From: Bugula neritina
Lineage: Eukaryota > Animalia > Bryozoa
DNA length: 64,000 bases
Direction of reading: 5' to 3'
Assembly (NCBI GenBank): GCA_964035545.1
Contig: OZ037769.1
Location: 16,584,633 to 16,648,632, forward strand
The position numbers and the translations under genes were made by a program. Each line of letters begins with the position of its first letter. Within the stretch, counting starts at the first letter, position 1. The notes below the pieces were generated by a model. It ran no database searches and was not told the DNA's origin. It worked only from the letters and a program-made list of their open reading frames with translations. This document shows positions 34,609 through 46,900 of this stretch, one piece after another.

Positions 34609-36039
34609 GTTGGATTATAGTTGCTTTTACTTCCTGAAACAGAAATACAATGCAATGTCCTGAACACATCAATGCAACACTTAGCATGAATTAATTACTG
34701 CACATTACAAATTCCCTCTAGCAAATGCAATCTGGTGCATCATGGTATAACATCTGTTGTGTAATTCCCTCACTGATATACTCAGTTTTATACTTTGTTG
34801 TGGTCATAGCTCTTACTTAGCCTTCAGTTACTAGTGACTTCCAAATTTTCATTATTCTTCCCACAAATAATTAAATGTCTAATTTTCTTCTCAAAATAAC
34901 AAAAGAAAGATCTTTAAGATTAACCTAGAAACATGCCAAGTGTTCTCAGTATATTGAGGGTTAATTGACAAATTATGTCCACAAATATATTGAATATCCT
35001 AGTTAGTTAATGAATTGTGAAGCCCATATCATGTTTAGAGAACGAATATATTGCATGATATAATCATGAAATGATATTACTAATTAATTATTAATGTGAG
35101 AATAATGCAGATTTTACTTACTGAAACATGAAGCAGATAGATACTCTCTTTCACTGCTGCCACTGCTGCTGCTGCTGTATCTACCAATATATACGTTATT
35201 CTCTTCTCACAGACTACTTGTGTTGCTTTGCCTCAGTGTCGGATACATCATCACTCAGTCTGTGTTATTTCTAGCAAAAAATCCAAACAATCTTATCCGT
35301 ATTTCTAGATTCCTTGCATTCATGGGATTCCTTTCAAAATGATTATTGAATAGTTGGTCAGTTAGTACTTCAGTTACTTAGTACTTAACTATTATACTTA
35401 TATTTATTATTAGTCACAGTAATAGTGAGTCATTTGTGAGTCTCACTATTTAATAGATAAGGTTATGGTCATAAAACATGCCTTATTTCTATCAGCCTTG
35501 GTATACTATCATATTGGTTTGTAGCACTACTTAAGAATGACTACAATTACTTTTATCTTATGACAAACGACATCCCTTGCAACAATCATTGGCTTGGCGT
35601 AAAAACATTTCTGGGTCCAATCTTTTTTGCAGCTATATATATATCAATAAATCCAGGTTATATTATTCTTATTTTTTATTAATTGTGTTTGAAATGTTTC
35701 CCATGAAAATATTTTGAGTTACAAATTTACCAAGATGAAATCTATGCAGAAAAACGAAAATGCATACTCACCCTTAATTTCTCAAATTTGATAGCTATTC
35801 CGTTCTTTGGTTCAGCAATTTTCGAAGAACAATCGAAAATGTTCAATTTGTACAACTCTGAAGGCTTGTAACTTAGGACTATGCTTAGATGTGCTGAAAT
35901 AAAGCAAACTCACATACTACGAGATAATCCTTGAATGTCGTATTCTTCTACCACACAACTGACACACCAACGAGAGATTAATCTACCAACCAACCTGCGG
36001 CCAGCTCTGCAATCACTATAACGTAGTGCGATAATCCTT

Positions 36040-36085
36040 GAAAGCTCCGCCCATTCCAGGCTAATCACTCCTGACGTCACTCAGC
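36040..36085. promoter_or_regulatory. Probable CK1 promoter elements (GC box and CRE)
   Basis: ctccgccc at ~36045 and palindromic TGACGTCA at 36072-36079, upstream of the minus-strand CK1 gene. Confidence 0.4.
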
Positions 36086-37991
36086 ACTCCATTAGCTACG
36101 TGTACGCTGGATATAATTATAGCATATAGTACAGCTATGCGTGGTTATAGACCGCTATATATTTGATGCAAACATGCTGGTCTATTGTATACAATACTTT
36201 AAACAATGGCTATTGTTTTACTTGCAGCTTTAACTTTTGTGCGATGCTTTCCTGTGACATATGTTGTGATCTCTACACCATTTCTACTTTGAGAGAGGTT
36301 AAGATGTATACTGTAGAGGTTGTTGTTAGACAAACTGAACTAGCATTCCAATTTATAATTAGCTCTTTATAATATACTCAGTACAAAGGACTAGAGTTTG
36401 CAATGGACTGAATAAACGTTTCATATTTGTTGTAATACTGAGATAAAATATTTGCTACAATTGCTACACCTGCAGGCAATCTTTCATCAACTATTATATT
36501 ATATAGAGTACATGTATTAAAATTTCCAATATTGCTAGTAGCCATGGGCTCACAGCAATAAGTAGCTATGTTGGCTCAAAACTCCGAACAAATCAATTAT
36601 TTTATATTATATTATGTTTTGTTGCAATGAGTGAAAGTTTAATTACATAAAATTGAAGAACTATAAAAGGAGAGAACACAACTCTAGTTCCCTTATATAT
36701 TCATTGTAGTAAAATATAATATGCAAAGCTATCAAGTTTAACAAGCAAGCTATGCCTATAGTAAATTTCCAGCTTTTAAATACAATCACTTTAAAGAAGC
36801 ATGTACTATAGTGAATAGGTTATGTTATATAGCAAAATAAGTAAAATTCTATAATATTCTCCTTTAATATATTAATCGAATGTATTTAATTATAATATGT
36901 TATTTTCTCACCAGCCACAAAATATTTATTTTGTTTAAAAGCGCCATGCTACGTTTTTAAGCATGAGTATTAGTTTAGTATATTTCCAACATGTATTTGG
37001 TAATTAGGTGTGTTATCAGTCTTAATTGACAGTTTTACAGGCTGTAAGCCAGGCCTAGAGATAGAACAAGTGTAGGCCAAGTAGAAATAGTAAATTGCCA
37101 GCTAAGACAGATAGAGAGAAACCTTTAACCTTAGGAGTTTAGGCAAAATTTCAGAGGTATTTTGCCTATCACTTGTTGAATAAATTTATGAACTACAGTC
37201 CTATATTGTATGCCTATTGTGTGGTAACAATCCATATGCTTGTGTTGTTATACAGCTGTTTGCTGACTGTTATGTTCAATATGGGTGGTCCCAACTAATG
37301 TGTCATCATCCATATTCCTCTTCACACTCGAGTGCACACTAACACAGCCTCTACACGATCAGCTGCTCCTAGGTAAAACTATTATCTTGACAGTGGCAGA
37401 ATGTGATAATTGTGATATTAAATGTTATATATTTTAGACTTTAAACGGAATTAGGAGAGCAGAATTTTTATAGGAATATGACTTGTGAATGTGTTTGCTC
37501 AAGCAATGAGAGTTATACGTGCATTTTTATTAGTTCAATTGTTAACTTAAATTATAATTAGCCATCATCTTGGTCTCAATGAAAAACTGAAAAGAATGAA
37601 AATGAGTAAAATAAAAGCTAGATATATATGGATGTATAAAAAAATTTAAAAATCTTTACAAAAAATCTGTTCATTTCACAAATGTAAATAAAAACAAGAG
37701 TTACTTTGAGTCAATCAGATTTACTACTAGGTGATTGATAAAACTAAGAGAGAAACAATTTATCACTAATTCAAAAAATTGAGGTTGAATATTATCTATA
37801 AATATAATATAATGAAAATACAAATATGGCATATGTCCCTTTGATTGCATGTTAATTGAACGTTATTCTAAACAAAAACTAGAAACAAAAAATGAGTGTA
37901 AGATGAGAGTTGATGGGAATAGAACATGACGAGAGAAAGCAAAATTTACGGAAATATTCTCTCAACTGTGAGAATCATTGAGCATGTGATT

Positions 37992-40900
37992 CTATGTTGA
38001 CTTATTTCCTGTGTTGACGTACACTTTTTCAGTGTTTTGAGAGCGTGTTGTGCGAGGAGAGGGTTTGGGAGTGCCATCCACCACTGTGGGTGCCGTGGCA
38101 GAGGGGAGTGGCGTTATGTAATAGTCATCACGCTCCAAGTTATCCGCGTATTCTTCCAACGCCAGGTAGTCATCTGGGATGTCTTTTGTAGTTAAACGTG
38201 TGTATGAGTAACCAGCATCATTGTCTGAGCCAGCACTGGGAGTTGTCGTACCATTCAGTAGTTGACCAACAAACTCGGAAATCTCAGAGAAAGCAGGTCT
38301 ATCTTCAGGATCTGTTTCCCAACATCGGCACATCATTTCATATCTAGGGTAGATGATGTCATTTGATTGTACTCAGAGGCAACAGGAAATGGCTAGTCGT
38401 ATATTGAGTCAGTCCCTCACTGAGTCATAGTCACTCACTGAGTCATAGTCACTCACTGAGTCATAGTCACTATGTTACAGTCAATCACTTAATAACAGTC
38501 ATTTACTAAAACACAGTCATTTACTAAGGCACAGTCAAATACTAGGTAACAATAAAAATAAGAACGCATTTCAAGTATTAGCATGAATAAATACATGCAA
38601 CTAATCTCTGTAAGCTTACATGATTGGAGGACAGATTTCAGGCTTGTCCAATCGTTTACCAGTGGAGACATATTCTTTAATATAGTAGTTGTTTACTCCT
38701 GGGTATGGTGAGCTACCACGGGTGAGTAACTCCCACATAGTTACTCCGAAAGACCACTAAATAGGAAAACATAGATAAAAACGTTCATAAACCAATGAGT
38801 GCAAACTGGTTAGAATAGCAATAGTTTGTGCCAACGTCAAAACTTAACTAACTTTTTACACTGCTATAAAAATGCCTATAGACCAAAGGGAAATTAAACC
38901 CGTACCACGTCAGACTTTGATGTGTATTTCCCTTCTTTCAGTGACTCCACTGCCATCCATTTCATTGGCAGAGGTTTGTTCATGTCTCCCATTCTGTAGT
39001 AATCTTGTGAGTAGACATCACGGGACATACCAAAGTCTGCTATCTTCACAAAGTAAGATCCGTCAACCCTATACAACCAACCAACAAAGACTAAACATTG
39101 ATATATAAAATAGGCGTTTGAAATAGAGTAAAATTTCAGTTAACTTAGTTAGATTTTAGAACATGTTTTTGTGATTTAATTACGTTTAAGTAAAAGAAAA
39201 ACAATTGAACTCATACAAAAACTGGTTAGAAAGAAAAGAGTAACTTTTTCAGTTAGACAGATCAGCATTGTTTTAATCAAGAAGAGATGGTGGAAAGATC
39301 CATTGAAAAGAAAGATTAGTTTGTATAAATAGACGGGTAGCTAATCGCTCAAGTGTAAAGGAACTGATGGTCCAAAGTAGTTAATATCAAAACCCAATCA
39401 TAACAAATCATTTAATAAGAAAAGTAGTGAATAAGAAGAGCAGGGGAAGAAACTCACATGCAGTTTCTGGCTGCCAAATCTCGATGAACAAATCTCTCCT
39501 TAGCTAAATAAGCCATTCCATTAGCTACCTGATAAGCAAAGTGGAGCAAATCAGCCAAGACTATTTCCTAAAATGAAATAATTCATGCATACAATAATAT
39601 ATACAATAAACTAAATTGTTATTAGCCTATATTCAACATATCATAGTAAAATAACTTCAAACTTTGTATATGTAATCTATATGATGTGTTGTAAGACTAT
39701 TGGCTATTGCAGCTTCAAACAAAAATAGTGCTAACTTAGAGTTTGGGGGTGGCATATAAAATGTTGAACAGTCCTTCGTTTATAGTAGACACACTACTAC
39801 CAGATATTATCAAAATATTTTCTGGTATCTACCAGCTCTTTGGCATCATCTGACAACTAACTATTTACTCACTTGGAAAATAATTAAACAAAATCAAATG
39901 CATGGTGTTGCCAATAGTTCCTATTTATGGATATATCCATGTTCATAAAACAGTTTTCTACGAAATAGTTCTGCTTTGTGTATCAGTAAATTCAGTATTC
40001 AGGCTGAGAAAGTTAAGTAAATCTACAGATTTTTATAGCTATTGGGATACTAGACATCAAATGACCTTCACAAAGGTCAGAACACGGTTTCCTTACCAAA
40101 TCATCTTTTTTCACAAAAGAGCAAAGGTCACCGTTCTCCATATAAGGAAGGACAACCAAAGGTCGTTCACCTGGCTCGTACACTACACCGACCAATGAAA
40201 GGACATTCTCGTGTTTAAAGTCAATCATCAACACGCCTTCCGCAAGAAAATTTTCCAAATCTTCAAACGACATTTCCTTATCCTCTGGTGAACAGAAGCA
40301 GATTATATAAGAGACATGCACCCTTCACTAACATTCACTATATCTGGGCTTAGATTGTTACAGTAGAGTCTATGAATACAGAATTATGCAGTATAGTTTA
40401 CAAAATGTAATATTGAAACTTATATCAACTAATTATTTACTATTATTATAACTGGAGAATAATATTCATTATACTATCGCAAAGTTCACTAAAAACTATA
40501 ATAGTTAATGATACAACAATTTCGATAATTTATAGTTTGTATTACTCAATACTTAAATACTAACCTTTAATACTTTTAACAGCTACAGTTCTCAAATTTC
40601 CAGCTGGTGTAGTTAATTGACTTTTATAGACAAGTCCAAAATGACCTTTCCCTAGCTGATTTCCTATACGCAGCCTTGAAGATGGTATTTTACAGCGATT
40701 TACTTTGGCTTGAATCTCAGCGTCAAGTTCTCGGTTGTTGAAGAGAGGAACAAGAGTCTCCATTTCCTTTGAACTGTCTGGAAAAATCAAAACAACCCAT
40801 CCATTGGTCAATTAAAGCAAATTTTCTGTTTAATACAGTTTAATTAACATTTATTTAGTTAGTAATTTACCAATTTACTCTGTAAAGATTACTCTTCAAT

Positions 40901-43900
40901 ACTGTGAGCTACACTTCCACACGGAAGTCCTCTACTCACCTTGCTTAACGTATCTAGCATGGCCTCCGCTGTTTTCAGCGTCAACTTCTAAGGTTTTCCC
41001 CAACCTCTCTTTTAGGTAGAACTTCTTAATCAGACAGTAGATTAGTACTGCTATGAGAGCCACACCCACTAGGACCATCAGCACAATCATTGAGATCCTA
41101 AAGGCAGGGTTAGTCTGCCAGATGTTAGTCTTATAGAAGACATACCCAACATTGACTCTCTTGTTACCAACCTTCACCTAGTAAATATACGAAACTCTGC
41201 ATTTCGATCCACCCAAATAGTTGCATGAAATAGGTTTTCAAACCCACTGGAAGAAAATAAAGATAAAAAGCTACATTATCGGCTAACAGAGACTAAATAC
41301 CCTTAATGGACAAACTTTGTATATTTAGTGAAGTTCAATATACGTGTGTTTTTACTATTTTAGTTATTAGGTTAAGAGTCAGTGTAACTTGGATCCCATT
41401 TGATTATAACTATTATTAGGTTAAAAAAGCTGGTGTAAGCTAAACTTCAAAATAAAAAGAGTAAAGCAAAGTTAAAATATGATTAAGTTTCAACAGCAGA
41501 TTGAGTTTCTAGAAATTAGTCTTGAGTGAATATGATTGGCTACTAACCTCAATATGGGGGATATCACGGTTCTTGTAAGTTACAGAGTTGTTAGGGTCAT
41601 GATCAGGGCTGGTGCTGGGAGGCTTACAACTCAGACGGTTTAGCAGCAAACTAGTGACTTCACACACTCCATCTACTCCTATGATGACGATGTAGTCTGA
41701 CAAAGTAGTAGCGTAGTCTAATTTATCCCCATCTATATGTATTAAATCACCAGCATCATATTCCTACAAATTTACAGACATTTTTTATAGCAGTAAAACA
41801 AAATTGAAGTTGAATCATATCACTTTAGCTATAACTTCAGAAGCATCAAATAATTACAGACAACCTTTCTTAAACACCACCCTTAAAGTTACAAACAAAA
41901 GGCTAGAAATGACTCATCTCACAATTTTACTGACTTTAGGCTCATATAATGTTTCTTAATGTACAATAACAGAAAACGTTCAATGTTCTAAACTCGTTGA
42001 TTATCTTTATGAATTTATTTGGATTAGACTTTAATATTTTAAATGAACATAACTTTTTCTGTCATATAATTATCATTTAGAACAAAATGTGCTTTCAAAG
42101 TCTTTTTCTTATACAGCTCCTAACTCTATTTTCATAATAGCACTTTGTAAAGTTACTGCGCTACCTTATAGATTTTCTAGATGAGTATAAAGCTTTTATC
42201 CAAGTGATCGAGATAGAAACTTGGAGCAAATGATTTAATCAACAATACAGAGTTAGTACAGGAGTTCTCCCCTCTCAGCTATAAACTTACCAAAACCTCA
42301 TTCCCGATACTCTCTTTGAAATCTTCTATTACAGGATCTTGGTAGACGTAGAGAGTAGCCAAGTCTCTGAGATCACTGTCTGTACTCTGTCTCAAGTCTT
42401 TGTACAATATGTGACCATCGAATACGAAACCCAAAGAAAACTGCACATTCGACTGTCCATTGAGAGCATTGGTTGTGTCTATTTCTACAAAACATATTTA
42501 TATTAGAAACAGTGTCTCTGTTTCTTGAAAATTATAGAAATATTGTATAGGCTGCTTAGTTCTATAGAAAATATAGCTGTAGTACAAAAATTGCATATCT
42601 CTAAAAAGTATATGTGATAGTAGAAAGTGTCAATTCTACAAAAAAATACACGTTACATAACTTTGATACAAATTAACTGAAAAACTTTGTAGATGATCTT
42701 CAGGGTAATGCGAGATTTTAAAAATGACAATTGGAAAGCACCTATTTGGAAAATGGACAATTAGAAAATGGACAATTGGAAAATAGACATTTGGAAAATG
42801 ACATCATGGAAAATGAAAAATCTTCAGCATGATCTAGTCCTGAGGGGTTGTTCAGTATCTGGTCAATTCCAAAATAGCTTTTAAAAATAAATATAATTGT
42901 CGAATCAGTTAGGCCATCATGGAAGTAGAATTAGTTACCAAGTAGTTCCAATTTAAAATTGTTCACATTTACAAAAAGCTTTTTGAACACGACTAGATAC
43001 TAAGCGCCCCTCTGGACTAGGCCATCTTAAATATTCTTCATTTTCCAAACGTTTATTATTCGATCTATAGTCAGTTGTTTATCACAGTGAGTGTGATTGT
43101 ACTTGACTCACTAGAGTATTAGTCCAAATCCTAAAAAAGCCTTTGTTATAAAACTGGGAATCAAATTAATTGTGTTACCCGTGCCTTTAAAATTTTAAAA
43201 AGAAATTATTCCTTGTGACTTTTTGTGATAGTTTTTGGATTTGTCATTCTTTAGCAGTTTTCTAGGGTATTTATATTTCATGTTATTGTTATTTCTTTTT
43301 CATTGTGTATACCGGTCTTCGACCGAAATCAGCATGTCAAAATGTCGGGCCTCCAGTTAGTCCGAATGTGTCCAAGATCGGTCATATTCGGACTTTTGCT
43401 GGCTCTGAAATTCCGAAAATGTCTGATCTTTGGCCGAAAATTGGTCGAAGTTTCTGGACGGAATGTTTTCGTAACTACATAAAGAGTTGAGCTTACAGTT
43501 TAGATTCAGTCTACAGCTGGAGCTCGCCGGACAAGGACTTTACTATTACTACAATAAAGCTATTTCTCGTGCACCTCATACACCTGTTTAGGTGTTCTAA
43601 ACCCATAGATCTACTACATTATATATTACTATTATAATCATATTTGGTAAATATATAATAATTATTATAGTCAAAATTGAACAAAGTAAAACGGATCCAT
43701 TAGCCGTACCAACATCATCCGAGTCAGCAGATGTAGTCACCTGTCTCTTTCTCCTAGCAACTCCCCCTACATATAAGATTATAAGTTAGTAACAGATAAT
43801 TTACACATTTTATATTCATGAATAAGTATACCAAATTGGAAAACTGTTTAATATCATTTCACTTCGCATGAAATATTATATTCCAATTGGCCGTTCTAAC

Positions 43901-46900
43901 CAGATACAGTGTTTACTGTGAGGCTATCAACTATTATATAATGTATAGTAGTGAGTTGATTATGGAAACACATTGATTACGTCCCTTACTAGAGTTAGGA
44001 TATGTAGACTAAATTAGCAAGACATCTAACCAATACTAACTCAGGGTATCAACTCACCTGTTGTAGAGGAAGTAGTGGATGACGAGCTGACAGGAAGTGA
44101 CACGTTCCCAGGAAGTGCTAAAAGAAAGTATATTCTAAGTTATGAACTTAAACATCACTAACTCAGCTTATATTCAAAGTGATAATGATATTCACCATGT
44201 TTGTCTAGTCTCCCACAATGATATCTCTAGTGTATAGAATAGCAAGTAGAGTGTATATTTATATTGATGCATATAGTATAAGAATGTAGGTGTTACCTTG
44301 TTTCACACCATTCAGATAAGGTATTGATATAGACAGATCTACTACTCTACACACCATCTCATCACTTTCTATGACATCACAGCGCTAAAAGTCAATCATG
44401 TACTAGATGAGAAAGTTGAAAGAAAAAAGTAACATGCTTGTCTTAAAACTTATAAAGCTCGTAGCCAATCAAATAAGAGATTTGACAACACCCTGTTTTC
44501 ATTGGGTGATATCTTCAGTTATATCAAGAAGATAAATATATTCCATTAGTATTTAGTATTATATAACCTTCTATTATTTATATGGACAGAACAAGGTATA
44601 GCTTTACACTTACCGTGAACAACTGGTCAATAGAAACAGCTCTTTGAGTCAAATAAACAATCATCTCAGGGTAGGCAATAGAATCTAAATGTTCTCCAAC
44701 TACCGTAAGATTTGTACCTCCACTGTCAAGAGAACAGCAAAATACAAGTACAAACGTTTATCATTTTTAACGCTAAAACTGCATAAATATGTGCATTTGA
44801 GAATAATTACAGCAAAAAAAAAGGTAATGATTATTGGATGATATATACTATAATCATCCCTCTTTGTTTGCAATAGAACTGATCACCCATAAAGTAGCAT
44901 ATGAATGTTTAGCAATATAATACAATTGCTATATTTAACTAATATCCTATATGATAATATATAGTTAATATATTCTCTGATAACATAAACTCCTACTAAA
45001 ATATCACACGTATATGCATAGTATAATGACTTAGATATAACAAGTTGTTGATATTTCGCACTGAAATACTTTTTTAAATTACTTAAAGATTTTTACTAGA
45101 GAAATGTATCAACAACTGGGCAAATTTCAAAATCTTGTGAAGTACCAGTAGTATTATATTAGGTTTACTATGAAATGTATGACCAGCTATGCTTGTAATA
45201 ATAGTAACAGTATATATAATACTCTGTATATATTGTGGGTATATGTGGTAGAAACTGGATTCTACCTGAGGATGGTGGTACGAGGGTAGATGTCCTCTAT
45301 GATAGGATTAGGTCTGTACTCAAAAGAATAGTACAAAGTTTCTGGACCAAGATCTGCAGTAGAGTTTACAAGTCTGCCGGTGAATCCAACAGCTGCAGTC
45401 TCATTTGGTAAGGCAACTCCAAGGTATGGCGTAGAGTTCAAAGTTCGTTCACTACCTCTATAAAAGATAATAAGTAGATTCAATATCTTGTGATATTATC
45501 TAGAGTGGGTAGTAGTGCAATGTTTTATAAGTCATGGGAATCTACGAAATAAGAGTAAGATATATTCTTAACGCACTTGAGACTCAATCTTTGTGTCACT
45601 CCGTTGATCTCAACCTCAAGATTCCCTTTGCCAAAGTATCCACCACTGAATGTGATTGCGGTGCCTCCAGCTTTCGGCCCATACTGTGGGTCAATGTCGT
45701 CAATGTACCAATGCTAAATAAAACATAATTATTCTGGAATAAAGAATCTAGAATAAACGTTTAAGCTTTTTTTCTGTTTTCTTTTCGAACTTTTTCGCCA
45801 AACAAACTTTAATTAATCAAAATTATGGTGATATTGGCATTCTATTATTATTTGATAATTTCATATAGGATACAAAATGGCTGCATTTAAACTAACAAAC
45901 ATGATGATGATTTATGGTAAATGCTAAATTAGTTCATTTTGTTACCAAACTGTCTACACACTACATGATAGTCAGTACAGGAAATGCTAAATTGTTACTA
46001 ATATCTCACACATTGGCGGCCAGCGAGTTCAACATCTACAGATCCTTCACAAGGACATTGACCAGTGAATGTATCACACTGTTTACTCATGGAGAGGTCA
46101 CTGCAGGCGCAGTCTGCACAGACGCCGAGTCTCTTGGTGTACCGGAAGACCCCCGCGGAGTTGGTGCACTGCTCACATTGATCTCCTGTGATACCCGGGG
46201 GACAAGTACACTCGTAGAACTTGTATCCTGGCTTCGTGAACTGGTAGTAGTTGGACATGTTAACAGCTGGCCCGGGAAGTAGCTGGTACGGATTCCCTCC
46301 GCAATGAGGTCTAGGAATACATTATCATTTATAGATTATGTTTTGTAATAGTAGTATTAATGTGAATATCATAACTCTTAGAATATAAAGAATATTTCAA
46401 GTTCTATAAAGGAACATGAATTTATACATATTCAGGATAAAAACAATCTAAACACTTTCAAACTTTTTATCAGCAAAAGACCAATATCATTAATTCCAGA
46501 AATTACAATTTACACAAAAATATTTTTTTTATGCAAATAGGATAAAACTGAGGGGAAAATAATAGATTAAGAGAACTTAATTGTCTTGTATTACTAAAGT
46601 AATATTTCAAAAATATAATATTTTTATAAAACATGTAGAGAACTCTTTAGAGATGAAGATAAAAATGGTATGAGAATGACGAACTGCTAAATGTGTATAT
46701 TGTGTATTCATTGTGAGTCATGAGTCATGTAGGTCTAGCAGATTGTAATCCCTGGAAGCTAGTCATGGAAGCGCCTTTGTTAATAAAAACTACTTTAATT
46801 TATAAAAAAAATATCTATGACGTTTATTTTTTTTGAACTATTAAGCAATTTTCATGATTTAGTAACACAATTTATACACTAAACTAAAATAACTTCAAAT

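Noticed and set aside
43305-43490. CpG-rich 61-aa ORF inside an RTK intron
   Set aside because: Made of short ccgaaa/tcggac-type motifs typical of transposon subterminal sequence; no usable splice sites or recognisable protein.
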